Below are positions 8,817 to 17,570 of a stretch of DNA of 42,548 nucleotides, in pieces (the stretch's first letter is position 1; every line of letters begins with the position of its first letter). Location of the stretch: IMG/VR virus record IMGVR_UViG_2671180275_000010; one strand, given 5' to 3'. Under the pieces are notes generated by a model that did no database searches, was not told the DNA's origin, and saw nothing but the letters and a program-made list of their open reading frames with translations. Origin of the DNA: a virus. Lineage: Duplodnaviria > Heunggongvirae > Uroviricota > Caudoviricetes. The translations under genes were made by a program, and so were the position numbers.

Positions 8817-9077
8817 ATGCAATCACCATTACGGAATGTGCGTAAGGCGCACGGATTTACTTTGCAGCATGTTGCTGCGGGCGTTCAGGTCAATCCAGCG
8901 ACGCTGAGTCGTATTGAAAGACTGGAACAAATTCCATCTATCGATCTTGCAGAACGTCTGGCCAATTTTTTTAAGGGTGAAATCAGCGAAATGCAGATTC
9001 TTTATCCGGCACGTTTTCAATCTAGCCAAAACCAGAATGGGTTTAAACCACAGGAACAGGAGGTAAGCCGTGGGTAA
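8817..9077 (+). CDS. cro: Cro-like HTH regulator
   Basis: 86-aa ORF divergent from cI with HTH (FTLQHVAAGVQVNPATLSRIE). Confidence 0.7.
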   Translation: MQSPLRNVRKAHGFTLQHVAAGVQVNPATLSRIERLEQIPSIDLAERLANFFKGEISEMQILYPARFQSSQNQNGFKPQEQEVSRG

Positions 9078-9627
9078 GCATCACTGGAAAGTGGAAAAAC
9101 AACCTGAGTGGTACGTGAAAGCTGTCAGAAAAACTATCGCGGCATTGCCTGGGGGTTACGCTGAAGCTGCTGACTGGCTGGATGTAACAGAGAACGCTTT
9201 ATTCAACCGCCTTCGTGCAGATGGCGATCAGATTTTCCCGCTGGGATGGGCAATGGTTTTACAGCGTGCGGCTGGCACTCACTACATTGCGGATGCTGTC
9301 GCACAGTCTGCTGGTGGGGTGTTCGTATCGCTTCCTGAAATTGAGGCAGTAGAGAACGCCGATATAAACCAGCGCCTGCTGGAAGTCATTGAACAGATCG
9401 GCGGTTATTCCAGACAGATTCGTTCAGCAATCGAAGACGGTGTAGTGGAACCGCATGAGAAGACAGCAATTAACGACGAACTGTATCTTTCAATTTCGAA
9501 GCTCCAGGAGCATGCAGCACTGGTCTACAAAATCTTCTGCGCTCCAGAAAATAGTAACGCCCGCGAGTGTGCAGCTCCGGGCGTCGTGGCGTCGATTGCT
9601 TCTGGTTGTGGAGAAACTAACGCATGA
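9070..9627 (+). CDS. CII-like / YdaT-like regulatory protein
   Basis: 185-aa ORF with GTG start overlapping the cro stop; N-terminal HTH-like segment; position equivalent to cII/ydaT. Confidence 0.4.
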   Translation: MGKHHWKVEKQPEWYVKAVRKTIAALPGGYAEAADWLDVTENALFNRLRADGDQIFPLGWAMVLQRAAGTHYIADAVAQSAGGVFVSLPEIEAVENADINQRLLEVIEQIGGYSRQIRSAIEDGVVEPHEKTAINDELYLSISKLQEHAALVYKIFCAPENSNARECAAPGVVASIASGCGETNA

Positions 9628-9772
9628 ATAGTTTAACGGCAAATAACCGTTTGTCGCAACAGCTGGTGGTCAGCGTCGCTGAACACCTGTTGTTACGGCA
9701 TGAATGCAGATTACCAAATCACCTGGCTGTAAGTAACCACAGAGAACTTTACCTGACTGTGGGGGGCGAGTT

Positions 9773-9952
9773 GTGCAGGAACTTAACCGCTGGTTTCGTG
9801 ACGGAAGAGGGCTTTATGTCCATGTTATTCGTTGGGAGCCAGAAACACAGCGCGTTATCTATCTTCGCAAAGACTACCCGCATGAGTGCTTTAGTCCTTT
9901 GTGGAAATTCAGGCGTGATTTTGTTGAGTGTGAAGGACCACCAGCATATTGA
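9773..9952 (+). CDS. Possible small protein (59 aa) in an alternative frame of the long track ORF 9624..10775
   Basis: Frame gives protein-like sequence (...RWFRDGRGLYVHVIRWEPETQRVIYLRKDYPHECFSPLWKF...) with GTG start after a G-rich stretch; not in ORF track (under 60 aa). Confidence 0.25.
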   Translation: MQELNRWFRDGRGLYVHVIRWEPETQRVIYLRKDYPHECFSPLWKFRRDFVECEGPPAY

Positions 9953-10037
9953 TTCTGCAATTCCGGGACGTTACACTGTTCCGGCACCTTATAAAGCGGG
10001 TGCCGGGCGTGGAAACCCGAAATTCAATATAGAGCAC

Positions 10038-10060
10038 AACCGCGCTCATGCGGTTTTTTC
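10038..10060 (+). terminator. Intrinsic terminator-like hairpin (AACCGC-GCTCAT-GCGGTT + TTTTTT)
   Basis: 6-bp GC-rich stem followed by a 6-T run; lies inside the implausible N-terminal extension of the Rha ORF. Confidence 0.4.
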
Positions 10061-10229
10061 GTGTCATGAGCATCGTTACGCCCAAATTATGGTGGGGCGT
10101 GCAGGGCCAACTTCGGTTGGGCCGGGTTCTATGTTGACCGGTATTTCCACCCCTGTACGTCTCACCACCTATATGGTCGTGGAAAGCCTTGGTGGTGAGT
10201 TCATTGAATTCAACATAGGGGCTGTCACC

Positions 10230-10775
10230 ATGACTACTCTCCCAACCCAATCTCACCCTGAAATCACGATTATCAATGGTCGCGTTGTCACCACATCTCT
10301 TGCAGTAGCTAATTACTTTACTAAACGGCATGAGCGGGTTTTAGATAGAATTAGAAACCTCGAATGTTCCGCTGAATTTACTGAACACAATTTTGTGTTA
10401 AGTGAATACACCGACGCATCAGGCCGCAAACTCCCTTGTTACCAAATCACCCGCGACGGTTTTGCGTTTCTTGCTATGGGTTTCACGGGTAAACGTGCTG
10501 CCCGGTTCAAAGAGGCATACATCAATGCCTTTAACCAGATGGAAAAACTGCTTTCAAAGCCATCCACGCTGAGCGATGCCGCAGATAACGCCAGCGTGCT
10601 TTACTCCCACCTGTCGGTAATCCACAAGGTCTGGCTGCAGCAGCTTTATCCCATGTTGGCAAAAGCCGAATCCCCGCTGGCTGTAAGTCTGTATGACCGC
10701 ATCAACGACGCGGCGCTACTGGCCAGTCTCATAAATTTGTCGCTGAACCCTTCAGAGGTAAGGGGGCGCAAATGA
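10230..10775 (+). CDS. Rha-family phage regulatory protein (antirepressor-like)
   Basis: C-terminal 181 aa of track ORF 9624..10775 starting at internal ATG; ITIINGRVVTTSLAVANYFTKRHERVLDRIRNL ... YQITRDGFAFLAMGFTGKRAARFKEAYINAFNQME matches the Rha domain signature. Confidence 0.7.
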   Translation: MTTLPTQSHPEITIINGRVVTTSLAVANYFTKRHERVLDRIRNLECSAEFTEHNFVLSEYTDASGRKLPCYQITRDGFAFLAMGFTGKRAARFKEAYINAFNQMEKLLSKPSTLSDAADNASVLYSHLSVIHKVWLQQLYPMLAKAESPLAVSLYDRINDAALLASLINLSLNPSEVRGRK

Positions 10776-10996
10776 TCCGGAATATTTTCAAACGGTTTAC
10801 CAATCAGACTTTCCGTTGTCCTCGTCCTGGTCAGTGGTACACCACGCCTGCAGGGCATGTTCTACGTGTTAGCCTGGTTGACCGTGAATGTCAGAAGGTG
10901 ATTTGTGAACCGCTGGGCCGTAATTACCGCGTCAGTATGCCGCTTATAGCCTTTTGCTCCGGAAAAATGTTTAAGCGTCTGGGAGGTGTGGCGTGA
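10772..10996 (+). CDS. Hypothetical small protein
   Basis: 74-aa ORF, ATGA-coupled to Rha. Confidence 0.4.
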   Translation: MIRNIFKRFTNQTFRCPRPGQWYTTPAGHVLRVSLVDRECQKVICEPLGRNYRVSMPLIAFCSGKMFKRLGGVA

Positions 10997-11292
10997 ACTG
11001 TTTTCAGTTTGTGTGCGGATGTGCTTTCGATAACCCGATTCAGCGCCTGATTATGTTGCGTGTTTTGATGTCGGGTTCTTCAGACGGTGAAGGCGAGAGA
11101 GTTATTGATCATCAGGTGCTTGCTGATTTCTGCTGTTGTTCTAAGCAAGCGATATTCAGGGAAACCCTGGCACTGGAAAGAGCTGGTTATCTTCATATCC
11201 GAAAAATTGCAACGCTTACTATTGATGCAAAAGCCAGACTACAACCTGCGCGTGGCTACACAATTCTCATGCTGCGGAAGGAGGTTGTATGA
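10993..11292 (+). CDS. Putative winged-helix DNA-binding protein
   Basis: 99-aa ORF, coupled to neighbours; HTH-like segment CSKQAIFRETLALERAGYL. Confidence 0.4.
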   Translation: MNCFQFVCGCAFDNPIQRLIMLRVLMSGSSDGEGERVIDHQVLADFCCCSKQAIFRETLALERAGYLHIRKIATLTIDAKARLQPARGYTILMLRKEVV

Positions 11293-12272
11293 GCCGTTAC
11301 GCCCCCACACCGGAAGTTATGGCTATTGGTCAAATTAATATTTCCGGCAATGTTACACCTGCGACCTGGTGGAAATATATTCGACTACCCAGTGGGCGTC
11401 CGGATGCGACGGCTATCGCTCTGCTTTCAGAGATCGTTTACTGGTACCGCCCGACAGAGGTCAGGGATGAGCACACCGGAGCGTTGCTGGGATATCGCAA
11501 GCGTTTTCAGGGCGACAAACTGCAAAGAAGCTACCAGGCGTTTGCTGAGCAGTTTGGTTTCGGGAAAAGGGAAACCGCAGATGCGCTGAAGCGTCTGCGC
11601 GATGCAGGGTTTATTACTCTGGATTTACGCACGGTGGAAATGCTCGATGGGGTGAAATGCAGCAATATTTTGTTTGTCGGGATCAACCCACAGGCAATTG
11701 CGGCCATCACCACACCTTCTTCTGTTTCGCCAGAAAGTAACAGCAATAATGCAATCAGCGATACAGCTATTACGTTAAAACGGAACACCCCCCGACGTCA
11801 TAACGGAACAGGGGATACGCCGAATGTTGATACAAATACAGAGATTACTACAGAGATTACAACGGAGACTAAAAACACTATTGATGCATCCGCTGACGCG
11901 TCTGCGCCAGCGCGTTCTGCCCGACAGGAATATTCACCGGAATTTGAACAGGCCTGGCAGGAATATCCCAAACGTGCTGGTGGCAATTCAAAATCAGCAG
12001 CCTTCAAAGCCTGGAAAGCCCGTTTGAACGAGGGGGTAAACCCCGAAACCATGCTGGAAGGTGTGAAACGCTACGCGGGCTGGGTATCTGCGATGGGCAA
12101 TAGCGGCACACAATTTGTGAAACAGGCTGTCACGTTCTTTGGTCCGGATCGTCATTTCGAAGAATCCTGGGAAGTTCCTGCGGTATCTGCAGCCAGACGC
12201 GAGGACCCGTACTTCAAAGCCAGTTACGACAACGTGGACTACAGCCAGATCCCGACAGGATTCAGGGGGTGA
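11289..12272 (+). CDS. Putative phage replication initiation protein (O-like role; carries in-gene iterons)
   Basis: 327-aa ORF in the replication position; two domains joined by a Thr/Glu-rich linker (TEITTEITTET) encoded by tandem repeats, as in lambda O / ori. Confidence 0.55.
   Translation: MSRYAPTPEVMAIGQINISGNVTPATWWKYIRLPSGRPDATAIALLSEIVYWYRPTEVRDEHTGALLGYRKRFQGDKLQRSYQAFAEQFGFGKRETADALKRLRDAGFITLDLRTVEMLDGVKCSNILFVGINPQAIAAITTPSSVSPESNSNNAISDTAITLKRNTPRRHNGTGDTPNVDTNTEITTEITTETKNTIDASADASAPARSARQEYSPEFEQAWQEYPKRAGGNSKSAAFKAWKARLNEGVNPETMLEGVKRYAGWVSAMGNSGTQFVKQAVTFFGPDRHFEESWEVPAVSAARREDPYFKASYDNVDYSQIPTGFRG
11829..11873. repeat. Iteron-like tandem 12-bp direct repeats (ACAGAGATTAC(T/A) x2 plus degenerate copies); candidate replication origin inside the replication gene
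   Basis: Perfect tandem duplication ACAGAGATTACT ACAGAGATTACA followed by ACGGAGACT; coordinates derived from codon positions 184-194 of the ORF. Confidence 0.4.
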
Positions 12273-12763
12273 TCATGAGTCTGATGAACGATGTACAGAA
12301 ATTCATTGAAGCCCATCCGGGGTGTACTTCAGGTGACATTGCGGATGCTTTTGCTGGTTACTCACGACAGTGCGTTCTGCAGTCAGCAAGCAAGTTACGT
12401 CAGAGTGGCCGTGTGGCTCACTGTTGTGAAGGGAAAACACGCAGACATTTCCCACACCAGGCTGAGATATCGCAGGAGGAGAAACTGCAACCTGTTCTTG
12501 AAACCATACCTGTGCGCAATTTCTATGTCGGCACTAACGATCCCCGGGTGATTTTGTGCCTGACCCGCCAGGCGGAAGAACTGGAGTCCAGGGGCTTATA
12601 CCGTCGTGCTGCAACCGTGTGGATGGCGGCATTCCGTGAAAGCCACTCCCAGCCAGAACGAAACAATTTTCTGGCGCGTCGTGAGCGGTGCTTACGGAAA
12701 AGCAGAAAGCGCGCTGTAGCGGGTGATGAGTGGTATCTGTCAGGGAATTACGTGGGGGCTTAA
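12269..12763 (+). CDS. Hypothetical replication-module protein
   Basis: 164-aa ORF, coupled between the replication initiator and the methylase. Confidence 0.4.
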   Translation: MIMSLMNDVQKFIEAHPGCTSGDIADAFAGYSRQCVLQSASKLRQSGRVAHCCEGKTRRHFPHQAEISQEEKLQPVLETIPVRNFYVGTNDPRVILCLTRQAEELESRGLYRRAATVWMAAFRESHSQPERNNFLARRERCLRKSRKRAVAGDEWYLSGNYVGA

Positions 12764-13416
12764 TGAGTAATAAATATTGCCAGGCGCTGGTGGAACTACG
12801 GAACAAACCAGCCCATGAACTGAAGGAAGTGGGCGATCAGTGGCGCACGCCGGACAACATTTTCTGGGGAATTAACACCCTGTTTGGCCCGTTTGTTCTG
12901 GATCTGTTTACTGACGGTGATAACGCCAAATGTGCCGCGTATTACACGGCGGAAGACAACGCGCTGGCACATGACTGGTCAGAACGTCTTGCGGAGCTTA
13001 AAGGTGCTGCCTTTGGTAATCCCCCGTACAGCCGCGCCAGTCAGCATGAGGGACAATACATCACCGGCATGCGTTACATCATGAAGCATGCCAGTGCCAT
13101 GCGTGATAAAGGCGGGCGCTATGTTTTCCTGATCAAAGCGGCCACCAGCGAAGTGTGGTGGCCGGAAGATGCAGATCATATTGCTTTTATTCGCGGGCGT
13201 ATTGGTTTTGAACTGCCAGCCTGGTTTATCCCGAAAGACGAAAAGCAGGTGCCAACAGGTGCTTTCTTCGCTGGTGCTATTGCTGTTTTCGACAAGACCT
13301 GGAAGGGAGCGGCAATCAGCTACATCGGGCGCGATGAACTTGAGGCATGTGGTGAGGCATTTCTGGCGCAGGCTCGCCAGCAGGCGGAAAAACTGGTCAG
13401 GGAGATGGCGGCATGA
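12763..13416 (+). CDS. Phage Dam-family N6-adenine DNA methyltransferase (orphan)
   Basis: Start at Met12 of the track ORF (ATG overlapping the upstream stop); motifs DLFTDGDN and catalytic FGNPPYS (NPPY); no adjacent restriction endonuclease. Confidence 0.8.
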   Translation: MSNKYCQALVELRNKPAHELKEVGDQWRTPDNIFWGINTLFGPFVLDLFTDGDNAKCAAYYTAEDNALAHDWSERLAELKGAAFGNPPYSRASQHEGQYITGMRYIMKHASAMRDKGGRYVFLIKAATSEVWWPEDADHIAFIRGRIGFELPAWFIPKDEKQVPTGAFFAGAIAVFDKTWKGAAISYIGRDELEACGEAFLAQARQQAEKLVREMAA

Positions 13417-13739
13417 CGACATTAACTCAATGCCAGCAGCAGGTGCTGGATATGCTGATTTCTTATCAGAAAGAACGTGGCTTCCCGCCAACCAATCAGG
13501 AGGTGGCAACCATGCTGGGATACCGTTCGGTGAATGCAGCGGTGGAGCATCTTCGCGCACTGGAGAAAAAAGGCGTCATCACGATAAAGCGTGGCGTGGC
13601 CCGGGGGATAACGCTTCATACTGCGATGAAGGACGACGACAGCGAGGCGGTCGGGATTATCCGCGCACTGCTTGCCGGTGAGGAAAACGCAAGGCTGCGT
13701 GCAACCCACTGGTTACATGAGAGGGGCCTGAAAGTATGA
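13413..13739 (+). CDS. LexA N-terminal DNA-binding-domain-only protein (no S24 peptidase domain)
   Basis: 108 aa; aligns with E. coli LexA residues 1-70 including the recognition helix (ours RSVNAAVEHLRALEKKGVI vs LexA RSPNAAEEHLKALARKGVI); the ORF ends where the LexA cleavage/peptidase domain would begin. Confidence 0.75.
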   Translation: MTTLTQCQQQVLDMLISYQKERGFPPTNQEVATMLGYRSVNAAVEHLRALEKKGVITIKRGVARGITLHTAMKDDDSEAVGIIRALLAGEENARLRATHWLHERGLKV

Positions 13740-14131
13740 AGCTAATACTGCCTTTTCCGCCCAGCGTGAACACGTACTGGCGACACCCTAACAAAGGGGC
13801 GTTTGCTGGTAAGAGCCTGATAAGCGCGGCGGGGCGAAAATTCCAGAGCGCGGCGTGTGCAGCAATAGTTGAGCAGTTACGTCGTCTGCCGAAACCAACG
13901 TCGGCACCTGCTTCAGTGGAGATCGTGTTGTTTCCTCCGGATAACCGGATCCGCGATCTGGACAACTATAACAAGGCGCTGTTTGACGCCCTGACCCACG
14001 CGGGTGTGTGGGAAGACGACAGCCAGGTGAAAAGAATGCTGGTGGAGTGGGGACCGGTTATCCCGGAAGGGAAGGTCGAGATCACTATCAGTAAGTACGA
14101 AAAAGCGAGTTGCAAATTAGCAACTCGGTAA
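13736..14131 (+). CDS. rusA: RusA Holliday-junction resolvase
   Basis: 131 aa; LPFPPSVN and DLDNYNKALFDAL signature blocks of RusA. Confidence 0.9.
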   Translation: MKLILPFPPSVNTYWRHPNKGAFAGKSLISAAGRKFQSAACAAIVEQLRRLPKPTSAPASVEIVLFPPDNRIRDLDNYNKALFDALTHAGVWEDDSQVKRMLVEWGPVIPEGKVEITISKYEKASCKLATR

Positions 14132-14176
14132 CGGAATTGAGCAACACCCTAAATTTGGGTATTACCTCGTTAAAGA

Positions 14177-14196
14177 TACTGTATTTATGAACAGTG
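14177..14196. promoter_or_regulatory. LexA (SOS) box TACTGTATTTATGAACAGTG in the promoter region upstream of the KilA-N gene
   Basis: Matches CTGT-N8-ACAG with AT-rich spacer; sits in the 150-bp intergenic gap with -35/-10-like elements (TTGATA ... TAAGTT) immediately downstream. Confidence 0.65.
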
Positions 14197-14293
14197 TATC
14201 CTTGATAACTATTAAAAATCGCAGTAAGTTCATCCTGCATCAACGAAAAGGGAGTGCAGTCCCGCTCGTGGATAAAAATTTGTGGAGAAACCA

Positions 14294-15109
14294 ATGAATC
14301 AGTTGCTTGTAATTGATGGCGTTTCTGTGCGCCAGTACTTCGAATCTAACTACTGTCTTAACGACCTTCAGAAAGCTGCTCTTCTTGCCGCTGGTGAGAA
14401 TCGCTCCTCCCGTTCGCTGGAAGTTCACGAGTTTATGCGTCGTCCTGAAACGAAGGCTCTTGTGGAATTATTGGAAGAAGAAACTACGGGAGATTCCCGT
14501 AGTATTCCTGTCATCACCATTCAGGGGCGCAATGGTGGGACGTATGTCTGTAAAGAGCTGGTCTATGCATATGCAATGTGGATCAGCCCGGCATTCAGCT
14601 TAAAAGTGATACGTACTTTTGATGCGCTTCATAATTCATCACCAGAAGAAACCACATCCGACAAAATTAAATCCGGGGTCATTCTGCTTGAATCAGCAGC
14701 AAAGACTCTAAATCTGTCAAACTCCTCGAAACTTGGTGCATACCAGAAATTATCAAAGGTAGCTGGTCTTCCTGAACTTATGCCGATCTATGCCATTGAT
14801 GCACCTGCTGATGCGCCAGATGGTTCAAGCCGCCCTACGCTGTCGCTGAGTGCACTGCTGAAGCAGTATGGTATCCGCCTGACGGCTAATCAGGCATATC
14901 ACCAGATGGCGAAGCTGGGGATCGTTGAACAACGCGAACGATACAGCCGTACCGCGATTAACAACATCAAAAAATTCTGGTCGCTGACAGCGAAAGGCTG
15001 CATGTTCGGCAAGAACATCACCAGTCCTGCAAATCCGCGCGAGACGCAGCCGCATTTCTTCGAATCCCGATTCCCTGAGCTGTTAAAGCTGCTCGATACC
15101 GTTCACTGA
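14294..15109 (+). CDS. KilA-N domain protein (antirepressor-like)
   Basis: Start at ATG preceded by GGAGAA (track ORF starts at GTG 14282); KilA-N/APSES-like core GTYVCKELVYAYAMWISPAFSLKVIRTFDAL. Confidence 0.8.
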   Translation: MNQLLVIDGVSVRQYFESNYCLNDLQKAALLAAGENRSSRSLEVHEFMRRPETKALVELLEEETTGDSRSIPVITIQGRNGGTYVCKELVYAYAMWISPAFSLKVIRTFDALHNSSPEETTSDKIKSGVILLESAAKTLNLSNSSKLGAYQKLSKVAGLPELMPIYAIDAPADAPDGSSRPTLSLSALLKQYGIRLTANQAYHQMAKLGIVEQRERYSRTAINNIKKFWSLTAKGCMFGKNITSPANPRETQPHFFESRFPELLKLLDTVH

Positions 15110-15124
15110 TGGGAGGCGTGGAGC

Positions 15125-15640
15125 ATGAGAATTACACCACCCCATCTGCAGCCAGTTTTATCCAGGGTTAAACGTTTTGTTGAACGAATGCCGGAAGGCG
15201 CAACACTGACCCAGATATCACAGAAAGTGCAGGCGTACAGTCTACTGAATAAAAGGGATAAGGAGATACTCATTGGCATTATCCGCGACAGTGGACTTCT
15301 GGTCGTTGCGAATGATGGAAGAACTACAACGTTACATCATCCTAAATTTGGACATCAGGCAGTAAATAGTGAAATACCAGTAAAAACAGAGGAACCCGTT
15401 GTGATTAAAAAGACCGTTACTCCGGATGAATTACGCAGGCATGCTGAGGAGCTGATCAGGGCTGCGGAAGAAGCAGAGAAGAAATTTAATGATCGTGCGG
15501 AAATTAAAAAGCAACTGGATCCTCTGAAACTGGAAATCCTCCAGGCGTATGGAATGGCAAGTCGTAAATTTGATGAGTTTGTTGATGCTATGGCGGATAT
15601 GGGGAAAGCGGTACAGAAACTGAAACAGATTGTGCTGTGA
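15125..15640 (+). CDS. Hypothetical protein (N-terminal wHTH-like, C-terminal coiled coil)
   Basis: 171-aa ORF in the KilA-N to Q operon. Confidence 0.45.
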   Translation: MRITPPHLQPVLSRVKRFVERMPEGATLTQISQKVQAYSLLNKRDKEILIGIIRDSGLLVVANDGRTTTLHHPKFGHQAVNSEIPVKTEEPVVIKKTVTPDELRRHAEELIRAAEEAEKKFNDRAEIKKQLDPLKLEILQAYGMASRKFDEFVDAMADMGKAVQKLKQIVL

Positions 15641-15649
15641 GGTTCTACG

Positions 15650-16639
15650 TTGAGAGCACTACTGACCCCTGAAATTGCCCCGCGTATGGGGATCGTATTG
15701 TTCAGGCCAGGTTCAGAGCTGATGCCCCTGTTTATGCAGGGGCGTGTCCTGCTGGAGCCTGAGCCGGAGCGTTATTCATCTTTCGCCAGTGGTGCCGTTC
15801 CGGCGGCATCACAACCGCTGGCGGATGATCCTGCCGTTCGGGCCGTGTTCCGCAATGAGGCGGTGATCCGTCGTGCTGGTGGCGTGGAATGCCTTGAGAG
15901 CTGGTTACTTCGTGAAAAGGGCTGTCAGTGGCCTCATTCCGACTGGCACAGCGAGAACATGACCACAATGCGGCACGCGCCAGGCGCAATCCGTCTGTGC
16001 TGGCACTGTGACAATCTCCTCCGTGACCAGTTCACGGAACGGCTGGAATCAATGGCAACGGATAACTGTGCCCGCTGGGTGTTGTCTGTTGTGCGCCGTG
16101 ATCTTGGTTTTGATGACAGTCACGTTGTGACAATGCCGGAACTGTGCTGGTGGCTGGTTCGTAATGACCTGGCGGATGCCTTACCGGAAAGTGCAGCCCG
16201 TAAGGTACTGAGATTACCGAAGACGGTTGTGCCGTCTGTCACCCGGGAAAGTGACCTTGTGCCTTCGGTTCCCGCCACCAGTATTATCCGGGATAAAGCG
16301 AAAAAGGTGCTGGCGCTGAAAGTGGATCCGGAGTCGCCGGAGTCTTTTATGTTACGCCCAAAACGTCGCCGCTGGGTTAATGAAAAGTACACGCGCTGGG
16401 TTAAGACGCAGCCGTGCGCATGTTGTGGAAAACCTGCTGATGATCCCCACCACCTGATAGGTCACGGTCAGGGCGGAATGGGTACAAAAGCGCATGACCT
16501 CTTTGTGTTGCCTTTGTGCAGAAAGCATCACGACGAGCTGCATGCGGATACCGTGGCATTTGAAGAGAAGTATGGCTCCCAGCTGGAGCTGATATTTCGT
16601 TTTATCGATCGCGCGCTGGCGATTGGTGTGCTGTCCTGA
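15650..16639 (+). CDS. DUF968-domain protein (YdfU-like) with C-terminal Cys/His-rich HNH-like cluster
   Basis: 329 aa; C-terminal CACCGKPADDPHHLIGHGQGGMGTKAHDLFVLPLCRKHHDELH; alternative start possible at Met13. Confidence 0.65.
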   Translation: MRALLTPEIAPRMGIVLFRPGSELMPLFMQGRVLLEPEPERYSSFASGAVPAASQPLADDPAVRAVFRNEAVIRRAGGVECLESWLLREKGCQWPHSDWHSENMTTMRHAPGAIRLCWHCDNLLRDQFTERLESMATDNCARWVLSVVRRDLGFDDSHVVTMPELCWWLVRNDLADALPESAARKVLRLPKTVVPSVTRESDLVPSVPATSIIRDKAKKVLALKVDPESPESFMLRPKRRRWVNEKYTRWVKTQPCACCGKPADDPHHLIGHGQGGMGTKAHDLFVLPLCRKHHDELHADTVAFEEKYGSQLELIFRFIDRALAIGVLS

Positions 16640-16656
16640 TTTTGTGGAGAAAGTTG

Positions 16657-17049
16657 ATGCGTGATATTCAGATGGTTCTCGAACGCTGGGGGGCATGGGC
16701 GGCAAGTGGTAACGCCGGGGTGGACTATTCTCCGATAGCTGCTGGATTTAAAGGCCTTTTACCATCCACCGCTAAACCTCGCCCGGCCTGCAGCGATGAT
16801 GACGGCCTTATCATCGAAAACTGCCTTACGCGCCTGAAGAAGAAAAAACCGGACGAGTATTCGCTGCTGGTAGCTCATTATCTGCTGCGCATATCAAAAA
16901 GGCAGATTGCCAGAACAAGAAAGAAGAGCGAAAAGGCAATACGAATTGAGATGCAGATTGCTGAAGGATTTATTGACGGATGTCTGTCGATGCTGGGTGT
17001 AAGGCTGGAGATGGACGACTGGCTGCCCAAAAAAGTAAAAAATGATTAG
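16657..17049 (+). CDS. Q: Late-gene antiterminator Q (QuuD/phage-82-type)
   Basis: MRDIQMVLERWGAWAA... N-terminus matches E. coli DLP12 QuuD as I recall it; located directly upstream of the late-regulatory region; track ORF starts at alternative codon 16642. Confidence 0.8.
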   Translation: MRDIQMVLERWGAWAASGNAGVDYSPIAAGFKGLLPSTAKPRPACSDDDGLIIENCLTRLKKKKPDEYSLLVAHYLLRISKRQIARTRKKSEKAIRIEMQIAEGFIDGCLSMLGVRLEMDDWLPKKVKND

Positions 17050-17107
17050 CGCGGTCCGCAAAAAGTATGTCAGTATGTTAAGAGTGGTTACTACGCCACA
17101 CAACTTA

Positions 17108-17132
17108 AACCCGCCGCCTGGCGGGTTTTTTA
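17108..17132 (+). terminator. Intrinsic terminator just downstream of Q
   Basis: AACCCGCC-GCCT-GGCGGGTT hairpin followed by TTTTTTAT. Confidence 0.6.
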
Positions 17133-17268
17133 TGACTGAAATCGCATCAGTACAGTAAACGTGCTGGTGGTGAATACCTGTCTTTCAGCTTGCTGGCTTT
17201 TTAGACAAGAGTTATTGGTATGTCACGTTAACCGGAAAAGGGAAAAAGACATGCTAAAACAGTAGGAT

Positions 17269-17448
17269 ATGACAGAAACCGCCAGAGTGGTGTTTAATGA
17301 ATTAAGCGTCACCTACCCGGCGACAGTCGGGGAGATTGCGCAGAATACTTACCTTTCACGCGAACGCTGCCAGTTAATACTGACCCAGCTGGTTATGGCG
17401 GGTCTGGCAGACTATCAGTTCGGTTGTTACAGACGCCTTCCGCAGTGA
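17269..17448 (+). CDS. Small hypothetical protein (59 aa, winged-helix-like)
   Basis: ATG preceded by AGGA; ends inside a terminator hairpin; not in ORF track (under 60 aa); MTETARVVFNELSVTYPATVGEIAQNTYLSRERCQLILTQLVMAGLADYQFGCYRRLPQ. Confidence 0.35.
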   Translation: MTETARVVFNELSVTYPATVGEIAQNTYLSRERCQLILTQLVMAGLADYQFGCYRRLPQ

Positions 17449-17460
17449 AGGCTTTTTTAT
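17435..17460 (+). terminator. Intrinsic terminator (GCCTTC-CGCAGT-GAAGGC + TTTTTTATTT)
   Basis: Perfect 6-bp stem and long T-run directly after the small ORF. Confidence 0.6.
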
Positions 17461-17570
17461 TTGTGGTAAATGGGCGGCTGGTGGGTGTGGTGGTTGTTGC
17501 TTTCCCGTTGCTGAAAAAGAAAGCATCAGGCGATTAGCAGGGTATCAGTTACCCGTTGAAATTTTTAAAT

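Noticed and set aside
9624-10229. N-terminal 200 aa of the 383-aa track ORF as part of the Rha protein
   Set aside because: This part is low-complexity, contains a hairpin/T-run terminator (10038-10060) and has no motif; the recognisable Rha domain starts at the internal ATG at 10230, and an alternative frame holds a more protein-like 59-aa ORF
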